Virus record (IMG/VR): IMGVR_UViG_2537561935_000023 | Location: 1 to 25,825 of that record | DNA: 25,825 nt | Direction: 5' to 3' (one strand) | DNA from: a virus | Taxonomy: Duplodnaviria; Heunggongvirae; Uroviricota; Caudoviricetes | Shown: positions 1-7,715 of the stretch, piece by piece | How positions within the stretch are numbered: the stretch's first letter is position 1 | Layout of the letters: the number at the start of each line of letters is the position of its first letter | Position numbers and translations under genes: made by a program | Notes under the pieces: model-generated | What the model saw: the letters and a program-made list of their open reading frames with translations, nothing else | What the model was told of the DNA's origin: nothing | Database searches by the model: none

Positions 1-1119
1 TCAAATAACCAACTTAACCCATTCCTGACCTCGAGTATCGTTATAGCGATCGGTGGTTGCCTGGACTTTATGCCCTAGTAATGTTTTTGTATCGATACCC
101 TGTGCACGGTACAGCCGTTCTGATAGAGAGCGTTGTTCATGAAATGTTGGCGGAGTTTTTCCTGCTGGTGGAATTATCCCAGCCAGATCCCGTGCTTTGG
201 CAAAGTAGTCGCTCAGGTTGTCTTTACTCATCGGCTTCGGTTGTTTCTGGTGCCGACTATGGATTAGATATGGACTTAATATTCTGTCTCGGCCCCCATC
301 AATAACTTCTTTTAACGTTATCCCAATGGCATCACAGCGTAGTGTAAGCGGTAACGCCAGACGCATTCCGGTTTTTCCCTGGGTGATATGCAAGTGTTCG
401 TTCCACACATCTGAAAAACGCATGTGGCAAATGTCATCACGGCGCTGACCAGTAACAATCGCAAGAAGCATTGCGTTACGGATAAAGTGTTTTTCAGGCG
501 TTGCATTGTAAATTTTTTGCCAGTCTTCCATGGTGAGCCTGGCTCTGGTTACTTTAGGGATCGGTTTACGGGTAGCCTCCGGAGGATTCCATCCAGGAGG
601 AACTTCCCCTGCATGCTGTGCTTCTTTATAAATATCAACCCATAATCCACGATTTACTCTCGCTGTGCTGACCATGTCTTTATCCAGCCACTCATCCAGT
701 ATTAATGCAAAGTCTCTTACTTCCAGTTCTTTCAATGGGTGGTTTCCCAGACGGGAAACCAGGTATGCAGCCATTCGAGTTTTTTCTTTGTGAGTTGTAG
801 CTGCAATATCTCCATTTTTCAGTCGCGCGTCCTGTATTTTCAGATATCGATCAACCCATGCCTTTAATCTGATGCCCCGACGTTTTGTTGCTGACGGACT
901 TTCATCAATTTTGCGCATGAAATATTCAGCTTCTGCTGCAGCTATTCGCTGATTGGCTGTGGAAGCGATTTTTTCTGCTTTGCCTTTGTCTGTTCCGAGA
1001 CCGTGAAATTTTCCAGTCACAGGGTTTTTATACTGGTAGTAAACCCTGCCAGTTCTGCGATCAAACTTTTCGTAAAGACCGGTTACGTCAGTGCTGTTTT
1101 TTCGTGGCCTCGGTGACAT
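1..1119 (-). CDS. int: Lambda-type tyrosine integrase (372 aa), complete; its stop codon lies at window positions 1-3, so attL is expected just left of the window
   Basis: Full-length ORF on minus strand; ATG at 1117-1119; C-terminal tyrosine-recombinase signature (HxxR ... GH ... Y in ...TFHEQRSLSERLY...LLGHK...RY...); overall collinear with lambda Int as recalled from memory. Confidence 0.9.
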   Translation of the reverse strand: MSPRPRKNSTDVTGLYEKFDRRTGRVYYQYKNPVTGKFHGLGTDKGKAEKIASTANQRIAAAEAEYFMRKIDESPSATKRRGIRLKAWVDRYLKIQDARLKNGDIAATTHKEKTRMAAYLVSRLGNHPLKELEVRDFALILDEWLDKDMVSTARVNRGLWVDIYKEAQHAGEVPPGWNPPEATRKPIPKVTRARLTMEDWQKIYNATPEKHFIRNAMLLAIVTGQRRDDICHMRFSDVWNEHLHITQGKTGMRLALPLTLRCDAIGITLKEVIDGGRDRILSPYLIHSRHQKQPKPMSKDNLSDYFAKARDLAGIIPPAGKTPPTFHEQRSLSERLYRAQGIDTKTLLGHKVQATTDRYNDTRGQEWVKLVI

Positions 1120-1357
1120 GAGTTAAAATCTCCTTCAGTGCATCATCATCGCCAGTATGAATTTCCGGCGCAATTCCCGTTTCACCAGGTCCAACAAATA
1201 CTGCCCGGCGATCTATCAGCCAACGCCCACGAATTTTTTGTGGTCTTGGAACGATGTATCCTAGTTTTCCGTATTTCACCAGGGTAGTGTTTGTTATTGG
1301 GAGACTGAACCGTTTTGGTTTCCACTCGTCGAGCGTTATCAGGTACTGTTCGCTCAT
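1088..1357 (-). CDS. xis: Excisionase-like small DNA-binding protein (Rac/e14 Xis type), overlapping the int start
   Basis: Minus-strand ORF; first ATG at 1355-1357 with GGAG about 9 nt upstream (the ORF-track start at 1366 is GTG); 3' end overlaps int by about 32 nt as in int-xis operons; motif ...LTLDEW...PRPQKIRGRW...D..AV resembles prophage excisionases. Confidence 0.65.
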   Translation of the reverse strand: MSEQYLITLDEWKPKRFSLPITNTTLVKYGKLGYIVPRPQKIRGRWLIDRRAVFVGPGETGIAPEIHTGDDDALKEILTHVTEATKKQH

Positions 1358-1418
1358 GGCTATCACTCCGGAACGCGCCAGTTGCAGAATACCAACGACA
1401 ACTGGCGACGGTTGAACA

Positions 1419-3890
1419 TTAAAAATCAGCCTGACTCGGGATCAGTTTTTGCCAGATAGCTGAAACGTATTTTGCCTGGTAACGAGCGTCATCAAGTGCA
1501 TTATGGCGCTCACCTTCGAATGGGATAGCAGTTCTGGCATCGAAGTCTATGGCTTTCCCCAGCTCAACGATTGTGCGTACATCGCGATCGTTGTAGTAAC
1601 GCCACGGGCAGGGGATCCCCTGCCGCTCGTATGAACGGCGCAAAATAGTGTTGTCGAAGTTGGCTCCATTTCCCCAGACCTGAACAAAAAATTCACCGGA
1701 GTTTTCGTCGATAAATTCCCGCAATTGTAACAGTGCATCATCTAACGGGATTTCATCGGTCATAATGGCAGATTGCGCTTCGCGTGATTGTTTAAGCCAC
1801 CATTTAATGGTGTCCCGATCAATGACTCCGCCAGCAGTTTCCAGATCGATAGTCTTACTAAATTCCGGTCCCATATCTCCGGTTTGCGGATCGAAAAATA
1901 TTGCACCTATTGAGATAATCGGGGCATCGGGATTTTTTCCCATGGTTTCAAGGTCGATCATCAGATGAATCCCCGCTCTGCTGGTGGATGTGAGATTATG
2001 ATGACCGTTCGCCTTAATTAAGGGATCTGACGCCTCGCCAGTTTCACTATCGCTGGCATGATGCTGATTGCCGCCAGTGTTCTCCTTGTGCTGATGCGCA
2101 GTGCCTTCCATTTCCTCCGGATCATTTTCCTGAACTTCAGGCTGATTCTCTCCATCGAATATTTCCTGGTATGTTGCGTCACCCATCACCGCACCACAAT
2201 CAGGGCAGTTGCCGCCACCGCTCTGACCGCAGGCGGTGCAGATCTTTTCCGGTTCCTGTTGCACTACTGGTTCAGGTTGTTTCGTTTCTGGCTCGTTTTG
2301 TTGCGTATTTTGGCTGTTTTGTTCCGCTTTCTGGTCGTTCTGTTCCGTTTCTTGCTGGTTCTGGTTCGCAGAATCGCGGGTCTGGATCCCCTTAACCCAT
2401 TTCGGATCATTCGGGTCGCTAATCCCTTCAACAAATTCACCACGTGATACTGCAAGCAGTTCATCGGCGTCAGGCTGGCTGATATTGGCTGCCTGCATAA
2501 TTTTGTTTACTTCGTCAGCGGTAACTTTTACCGGTTCTGGCTGTGCGGTCGTGTCAGATGCACCAGTATTTTGTTGTGAACCTGAGTATGTACTGTTTTT
2601 GCGGGCGAAATATTCTTCTTTCGTGATTTCAGTAGCCCCGGCAGCCAGCGCCTTATCCAGACCAGAAAGTTTGTTTGCGCGACCGTATTTTTCGCCATCC
2701 TTGTCGGTGAAGAGGAAGTAGAACGGCCCCTCACGCTCTACAGATGGTTCGACTTCCACTTTGCATTCGGTTTTTTCGTTGTCCGGAATTGCCGTTTCCA
2801 CTGCATCAGTTTCTGGTACTGGCGACGAGAGAGTATCAGTTGCGCTCTGATTTGTTCCTTCATCTTCAAACACGCCCTTTGTAGTCAGGTATTCAGTAAT
2901 GTATTTGTTCAGTGCCACAGGATCTTTGTGAATGTCGATCGGACGTCCACGGACAAGGCCAAAAATAGTCTGGCGGTCGTAGCGAAGGGCATCAGGCTGT
3001 TTGCGCATCGATGCCGAGATACGCTTCCAGTCTTCGCGGTCGTTGTCGATAACTTCATTTTTTGCCCAGCGATGGATGCTGCCGTCAATGTTTCCGGCAT
3101 CCACATCACCAGGCCAGAGAGCGTAGGCCAGTTCGTCATCCAGTGTTTTCCATGTCTGCTTGTATTCGCGATGAATGACTGCAGTGACAGGGGAGATATT
3201 TTCTGCTGAGTTTTCAGTGTGCTGTCGGTTGACTCTGGCGCGGGCGAGATCAACAGCAGACGTGTATTTTCCGGTTTCCTTGCGTTCACCTTCGCGACGT
3301 TTTTTCCAGATGCGCATCTCTGCCTGAATTTCGGGCCATTTAGCTCCAGGCTTACATTTATGCTTAACCCACCCGATGGCATGCAACTTAAGTTCTGGAT
3401 ACATGGCGTTAACTTCTGGCATTTTCATCAACGCTTCAACGATATGTCCGTCGAATGTTGCCATGTCTTCCTGCAACAATTCCTGCGCGCTAATCACCAT
3501 ATCAACGGTGATGTTTTCACATGTGTCGAACTTAACCATGACAGCGTTCTGTACTTCAGGGGCCAGCTTGTCAAAAGTGACGTTCATCGGATCTGATTCA
3601 GTCTCAACCGGGACAAAGGAAGCAGACTCCTCATCCCAGCGGTTTTCCTGCATATATTCAGCATCCCAGGAATCGAGGGCAGGGCGGGGTATACCGGGTT
3701 TATCCTCGCAAACAAGAAATTTATAAGCGCAGTCCTGAGCAGCCGGATAATGCTCCAGGAATTGCCAGTGAAATTTTGCGCGGGCGCGACGTTCATCACC
3801 GGCTTCAATGGCAGTGGCTACAGCGACTGCACCTTCTTCCTTTATTGCCTGTTCGTCCGGAATGGCGGCGCAAATAAAGACTTTACTCAT
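1419..3890 (-). CDS. Large prophage exonuclease (823 aa): C-terminal DnaQ-like DEDDh 3'-5' exonuclease domain, central CxxC...CxxC zinc ribbon and Q/N/E-rich low-complexity linker
   Basis: C-terminal motifs MIDLETMG (Exo I, D-x-E), NGANFD (Exo II), HNALDDA (Exo III, H-x4-D); zinc ribbon CTACGQSGGGNCPDCG; repetitive DNA at about 2258-2378 encodes the QNQQETEQNDQKAEQN... linker; GAGG about 11 nt upstream of ATG at 3888-3890. Confidence 0.75.
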   Translation of the reverse strand: MSKVFICAAIPDEQAIKEEGAVAVATAIEAGDERRARAKFHWQFLEHYPAAQDCAYKFLVCEDKPGIPRPALDSWDAEYMQENRWDEESASFVPVETESDPMNVTFDKLAPEVQNAVMVKFDTCENITVDMVISAQELLQEDMATFDGHIVEALMKMPEVNAMYPELKLHAIGWVKHKCKPGAKWPEIQAEMRIWKKRREGERKETGKYTSAVDLARARVNRQHTENSAENISPVTAVIHREYKQTWKTLDDELAYALWPGDVDAGNIDGSIHRWAKNEVIDNDREDWKRISASMRKQPDALRYDRQTIFGLVRGRPIDIHKDPVALNKYITEYLTTKGVFEDEGTNQSATDTLSSPVPETDAVETAIPDNEKTECKVEVEPSVEREGPFYFLFTDKDGEKYGRANKLSGLDKALAAGATEITKEEYFARKNSTYSGSQQNTGASDTTAQPEPVKVTADEVNKIMQAANISQPDADELLAVSRGEFVEGISDPNDPKWVKGIQTRDSANQNQQETEQNDQKAEQNSQNTQQNEPETKQPEPVVQQEPEKICTACGQSGGGNCPDCGAVMGDATYQEIFDGENQPEVQENDPEEMEGTAHQHKENTGGNQHHASDSETGEASDPLIKANGHHNLTSTSRAGIHLMIDLETMGKNPDAPIISIGAIFFDPQTGDMGPEFSKTIDLETAGGVIDRDTIKWWLKQSREAQSAIMTDEIPLDDALLQLREFIDENSGEFFVQVWGNGANFDNTILRRSYERQGIPCPWRYYNDRDVRTIVELGKAIDFDARTAIPFEGERHNALDDARYQAKYVSAIWQKLIPSQADF

Positions 3891-3982
3891 TTTGTTTTAC
3901 CTCATTACAGATTTAAGGGTGAACAAATCCCTGCCATTGCTGGCATATAAGAATGAAAGCGGATGTTTATTACGGAACTGTT

Positions 3983-4174
3983 TTAAAGACCTGCCGGGAT
4001 TTCGTTATTATCCTGGTGAATAACTTTATCGACCGGGTAACAGTTACCGGGAATTTTCTGTTCGGTTGCTGCAGTCATACATTCCTGCATTGTCCTGTGA
4101 ACACTGACTGCAATATCAACTGGCTCTCCGGAAACAAGATAAACTGTCAGAACAAGCGCAAATGCTGAATTCAT
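3983..4174 (-). CDS. Small hypothetical protein (63 aa) with N-terminal hydrophobic signal/anchor segment
   Basis: ATG at 4172-4174 overlaps the stop of the upstream ORF in an ATGA arrangement (translational coupling); N-terminus MNSAFALVLTVYLVSG is hydrophobic; no family recognised. Confidence 0.4.
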   Translation of the reverse strand: MNSAFALVLTVYLVSGEPVDIAVSVHRTMQECMTAATEQKIPGNCYPVDKVIHQDNNEIPAGL

Positions 4175-4359
4175 TGTGCACATCCTTTTGGCATCAGACG
4201 TAAACGAGCCAGCATTGAAACAATGCATATTTTATTTAATAGCTCCCCTTCTTGTTTTCTCTTGTTAATGGCATCTTCAGTAAATACAGGGTTACTGATA
4301 GTGACACCAATTTCAAAACAACCTTCAGACGTATTAACGTTTGGTAATAACGTTTTCAT
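4171..4359 (-). CDS. Small hypothetical early-left protein (62 aa)
   Basis: Minus-strand ORF with GAGGA about 6 nt upstream of the ATG; ATGA stop/start overlap with the downstream small ORF; function unknown. Confidence 0.4.
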   Translation of the reverse strand: MKTLLPNVNTSEGCFEIGVTISNPVFTEDAINKRKQEGELLNKICIVSMLARLRLMPKGCAQ

Positions 4360-4410
4360 TATCGCGTCCTCAACAATGAATTTTGTGATGCAGTGCCTGG
4401 TGCCTCCAGG

Positions 4411-4438
4411 TGACGTTAACCAGTTAACAATTAACGTC
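4411..4438. promoter_or_regulatory. Operator-like palindrome (GACGTTAAC-cagTTAACaa-TTAACGTC) in the divergent control region between leftward early genes and rightward replication genes
   Basis: Near-perfect 9-bp inverted repeat plus a central GTTAAC palindrome, seen directly in sequence; positioned where lambdoid OL/OR operators would lie. Confidence 0.35.
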
Positions 4439-4502
4439 GGATATCCGGATTAGTGATTTCAGGTTGTATCGTGAGATCAGTGATGGAAAAAGTATTACGT
4501 AC

Positions 4503-4685
4503 ATGATCGCCGGGTTAAATAAAGAATATGGCGATGTGGTGGAATCCGGACTGCTTTTTGCAGATCCTGCCGTTGTAGATCGTGAAACTGACGAACTTAT
4601 AGAAAAAGCAATTGCTTTCAAGCTTGCGTATCGACAGCAATACCAACAAAAAGCTGGATGGAATTATGAGTCTTCTTTTTGCTGA
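4503..4685 (+). CDS. Hypothetical small protein (60 aa) overlapping the start of the replication gene
   Basis: ATG at 4503 in frame with ORF 4464..4685; 3' end overlaps the replication gene start (4666) by 20 nt; weak SD; no recognisable motif. Confidence 0.25.
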   Translation: MIAGLNKEYGDVVESGLLFADPAVVDRETDELIEKAIAFKLAYRQQYQQKAGWNYESSFC

Positions 4686-5631
4686 ACGCCCACTGGTTAT
4701 AAACACGCAGCTGGCAATGAAAATTGGCTTAAACGAAGCCATTGTTTTGCAACAACTGCACTACTGGTTGAGAGATACCAACTCCGGCATGGAATGTGAT
4801 GGTGTTCGCTGGATTTATAACACAACGGAACAATGGCTGGAACAGTTCCCATTCTGGTCAGAGTCAACGTTAAAGCGCGCGTTTGCAAGTCTGAAAACGC
4901 TGGGGCTTTTGCGTTGTGAAAAGCTCAATAAATCAAAGCGCGATATGACCAATTTCTACACGATCAACTACGGGAGCGAGCTTTTAGATGGTGGCAAATT
5001 GAGCGAATCCATCGGTTTAAAATGCGCCGCTCCATCAGGTCAAAATGACACGATGGAAGAGGTCAAAATGAAACGCTCCATTGGTTCAAAACGACTCAAT
5101 GTCATCGGGTCAAAATGGCCTGATGATCTTACAGAGAATACAACAGAGATTACTACAGAGAATAAAAAGACTTCTCGTCCGGAAGCTTCGCAACCGGACC
5201 CGCAGACGGTTGAACAGGATTTTTTAACCCGACACCCTGACGCGGTTGTGTTCAGTGCGAAAAAACGCCAGTGGGGCAGCCAGGAAGATTTGGCGTGTGC
5301 GCAGTGGATCTGGGGGCGAATCGTGAGTCTTTACGAGCAGGCCGCCAGCGATGATGGCGAGATTTCGCGACCGAAAGAACCCAACTGGACCGCATGGGCC
5401 AACGACGTGCGCACAATGCGGATGCTGGATGGCAGAACTCACAGACAAATTTGTGAAATGTTTGGTCGGGTGCAGCGGGATCCATTCTGGGTAAAAAATA
5501 TCATGAGTCCGTCAAAGCTTCGCGAAAAATGGGATGAACTGGTTATCCGCCTGGGGCGTTCGTCTGTACAGCGTTGTGTGAATCATATTTCTGAGCCGGA
5601 TACCGAAATTCCGCCGGGCTTCAGGGGGTAA
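4666..5631 (+). CDS. Phage replication initiation protein: N-terminal replisome-organiser-like winged-helix domain and C-terminal DnaT-like (primosomal protein 1) domain
   Basis: First ATG of the frame is 4666 (ORF-track start at 4612 is TTG); N-terminal segment LVINTQLAMKIGLNEAIVLQQLHYWL typical of phage replication proteins; C-terminus ...SEPDTEIPPGFRG matches the DnaT C-terminus (...SEPDSQIPPGFRG) as recalled. Confidence 0.7.
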   Translation: MSLLFAERPLVINTQLAMKIGLNEAIVLQQLHYWLRDTNSGMECDGVRWIYNTTEQWLEQFPFWSESTLKRAFASLKTLGLLRCEKLNKSKRDMTNFYTINYGSELLDGGKLSESIGLKCAAPSGQNDTMEEVKMKRSIGSKRLNVIGSKWPDDLTENTTEITTENKKTSRPEASQPDPQTVEQDFLTRHPDAVVFSAKKRQWGSQEDLACAQWIWGRIVSLYEQAASDDGEISRPKEPNWTAWANDVRTMRMLDGRTHRQICEMFGRVQRDPFWVKNIMSPSKLREKWDELVIRLGRSSVQRCVNHISEPDTEIPPGFRG

Positions 5632-5671
5632 GTGTTAATTTCTGGTCATGAGGTAATTTTCAGGAGGGCTT

Positions 5672-6094
5672 GTGGCAAAAGTTTTTACACAAGAAGAGCG
5701 GGAAAAAATTAAAGGGCAGGTTGTTGAACTCGTACGCCGGAGTGGGCGTGAGACGTTACGGCAACTGGAAGTCAAGACAGGTGCGACAAGATATCTGATG
5801 AGCGTTCTCGCAAGAGAGCTGGTTGCCAGCGGCGATGTATACAACTCTGGTTACGGGTTATTCCCGTCTGAACAGGCGCGTAAGGACTGGCAAAATGCCC
5901 GTAAAAAGCTCTCAAGGGCAAAGCTGAAGGAACCATCTGCGGTTGATCCGGACCTTATCTGGTCATTACCTGACGGAGAAATACGTCGTTACGACAGGCG
6001 TCATAATATGATTTGTACTGAGTGTCGTAAAAGCGAAGTTATGCAGCGCATATTGTCGTTTTATCAGGGGGATGTCCGGTATTTATTGAAGTGA
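5672..6094 (+). CDS. Hypothetical protein (140 aa), possibly DNA-binding/regulatory, downstream of the replication gene
   Basis: GTG start with GGAGG about 5 nt upstream; basic, helix-rich N-terminal half; family not recognised. Confidence 0.5.
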   Translation: MAKVFTQEEREKIKGQVVELVRRSGRETLRQLEVKTGATRYLMSVLARELVASGDVYNSGYGLFPSEQARKDWQNARKKLSRAKLKEPSAVDPDLIWSLPDGEIRRYDRRHNMICTECRKSEVMQRILSFYQGDVRYLLK

Positions 6095-6162
6095 CGAGAT
6101 TAAAGTGCATTAGTTCAGATGCAAATTGACATTTTGTGGCACAGGGTAGAGCTAGCGTGGTT

Positions 6163-6186
6163 GTCCGCTTTGTGCCAAGAGCGGAC
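6163..6186. repeat. Palindromic repeat, Y-type copy 1 (GTCCGCTTTGTGCCAAGAGCGGAC)
   Basis: 7-bp inverted arms GTCCGCT/AGCGGAC; 22 of 24 identical to the copy at 7379-7402; lies just beyond the 3' end of the GIY-YIG gene. Confidence 0.7.
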
Positions 6187-6223
6187 TTTGCAAAATGGGG
6201 GTTATTTCAATCAAAACGTAACG

Positions 6224-7168
6224 TCACAACCAGCCGACGCTCTCTCGCCATTTATAATTAGTAACTTTATCATTTTCGCTTATTTTTTTAGATATAGAGC
6301 GCGGCTCTCTTCCTAGATACTCAGATATTTCTATCGGGGACAAATCAAAATCAACAAGCATGACTCTAAGTTTTTCCATTTCCTTTAAAGTCCAAGGCTT
6401 GCCATAATTTTCATAAAGAGATACCTTATGCTCCCTGATAGTTCGCTTTCTCTGAGTTTCACTTTCCCTCTGAAAAATCTCGCTTTTAAATTGTGAACGG
6501 AACTCTTTACAGAAGTTGTTATCAGTTTTTTTGTTATATAGATTGCTAAAAATAAGCTGGGATGCCGGGTCTAAATCAGGTGTGTTAATAATGAAAACTT
6601 TGACCTTTTCCATATAGGGATATTCAATTTTACCCAATATGCTTAATTGCTTTATATTAAAAAAACCTCTCAAATCAAAAGATTTAATGAGCTTTGATTG
6701 GATTACACTTTCAATCCTGCTTGCATTTAAATAACAGTACTTTGCCATTGGAAGGGCCCATACTACCAGTTGAGGAATATATTTTTCTAATGCAATGCTC
6801 TGCCAATCAGTATCAAAGGTTTGGCTTTTTGCTAGCATGTTTTTCGGCAAATCAGAATACATTGTGGTAGATGCCCATATCTTATAATCATTCGCCAAGG
6901 CTTGATAGTATTTTGTGTGGTTATGAATTTTATAAGCTGACATGAAGCGATAAACGTCTTCGTCGTGACCAGCGTCGTAAATTGTTCGATTTCCTCTAAG
7001 ATAACCGTCGTAATGTTCGGTTATCCTTCTACCTACATTACAACTTACCCCAACGTAAACCACACGACTGAAAAGTCCTTTATGGACAATAAGATAAACT
7101 CCGCTACAGCCAGATTTCCTGGCCTCTGATAGAGAACCTAAAAATCTCCATTCCATAATTAAATCCAT
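6224..7168 (-). CDS. GIY-YIG nuclease-domain protein (314 aa) with a C-terminal putative helix-turn-helix region; AT-rich cargo gene
   Basis: N-terminal GVYLIVHKG...VVYVGVS.NVGRRITEHY matches the GIY-(about 10 aa)-YIG + Arg + Glu nuclease core; C-terminal ...WTLKEMEKL...SPIEISEYLGREPRSISKKI looks HTH-like; codon usage and AT content differ from flanking phage genes. Confidence 0.7.
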   Translation of the reverse strand: MDLIMEWRFLGSLSEARKSGCSGVYLIVHKGLFSRVVYVGVSCNVGRRITEHYDGYLRGNRTIYDAGHDEDVYRFMSAYKIHNHTKYYQALANDYKIWASTTMYSDLPKNMLAKSQTFDTDWQSIALEKYIPQLVVWALPMAKYCYLNASRIESVIQSKLIKSFDLRGFFNIKQLSILGKIEYPYMEKVKVFIINTPDLDPASQLIFSNLYNKKTDNNFCKEFRSQFKSEIFQRESETQRKRTIREHKVSLYENYGKPWTLKEMEKLRVMLVDFDLSPIEISEYLGREPRSISKKISENDKVTNYKWRESVGWL

Positions 7169-7336
7169 AATTATTGCTACTGTTTTTGTTTATCATTATT
7201 TTCGTGAAACTTCAACAATTTTATCCAAAAGCTAAGGGCAAAGACTTATATAATTATACTTGTCATCGTTAGCGATTATATAGAGTAGTGGCGCTGACCT
7301 GCTCCCTGGTGATTCACACAGAATGCTGTTAGTAAT

Positions 7337-7360
7337 GTCCGTTCCTCGCTCTCAGCGGAC
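7337..7360. repeat. Palindromic repeat, X-type copy 1 (GTCCGTTCCTCGCTCTCAGCGGAC)
   Basis: Terminal 5-bp inverted arms GTCCG/CGGAC around an asymmetric 14-bp core; 20 of 24 identical to 11550-11573 and 18 of 24 to 9320-9343. Confidence 0.65.
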
Positions 7361-7378
7361 CTTCAGCTCAGTGATATC

Positions 7379-7402
7379 GTCCGCTCTGTGCAAAGAGCGG
7401 AC
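7379..7402. repeat. Palindromic repeat, Y-type copy 2 (GTCCGCTCTGTGCAAAGAGCGGAC)
   Basis: Perfect 9-bp inverted arms with 6-bp spacer GTGCAA (10 bp including flanking C/G at 7378/7403); sits 18 bp after the X-type copy. Confidence 0.7.
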
Positions 7403-7715
7403 GTTGGTATGCAAGAGCCCTCCAAAAGTTGATGGTTGGTTTGCAGGGGGGCTTAAAGAAACTGCACTTATCAAGTTGAAGTTCTGTATTCAGCGAAATC
7501 GTAGCACTCTGACGATAAGTAACTCCGGTACTCCGCTCTTCGATGAAGAACCAGAGTAATCCCCCCGAAAAACCAGCGCATCAAAATTGGATCTTCAGCG
7601 GTAGCTTATCGGCTATCGGAAGTACAGGTGTGGATTCGTGGTGAATTGCTTTGATAATAAACGATTAATACGGAAAAACGCATTAATCATTTATTAGCTT
7701 TTAGTAAACCACAAT

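Noticed and set aside
2058-2721. Plus-strand ORFs of 74-161 aa (2058..2447, 2171..2395, 2236..2721) inside the exonuclease gene
   Set aside because: Antisense to a well-supported 823-aa gene, low-complexity Cys/Phe/Leu-rich translations from repetitive DNA, no SD.
4223-4453. Plus-strand 76-aa ORF opposite the 4171..4359 minus-strand gene
   Set aside because: The minus-strand ORF has a strong SD and ATGA coupling to the next gene; the plus-strand ORF has neither.
6119-7559. Plus-strand ORFs 6119..6316 and 7323..7559 containing SALCQERTL / SALCKERTL
   Set aside because: The shared peptide is simply the translation of the palindromic repeat copies; these ORFs span repeats and intergenic DNA and lack SD sequences.
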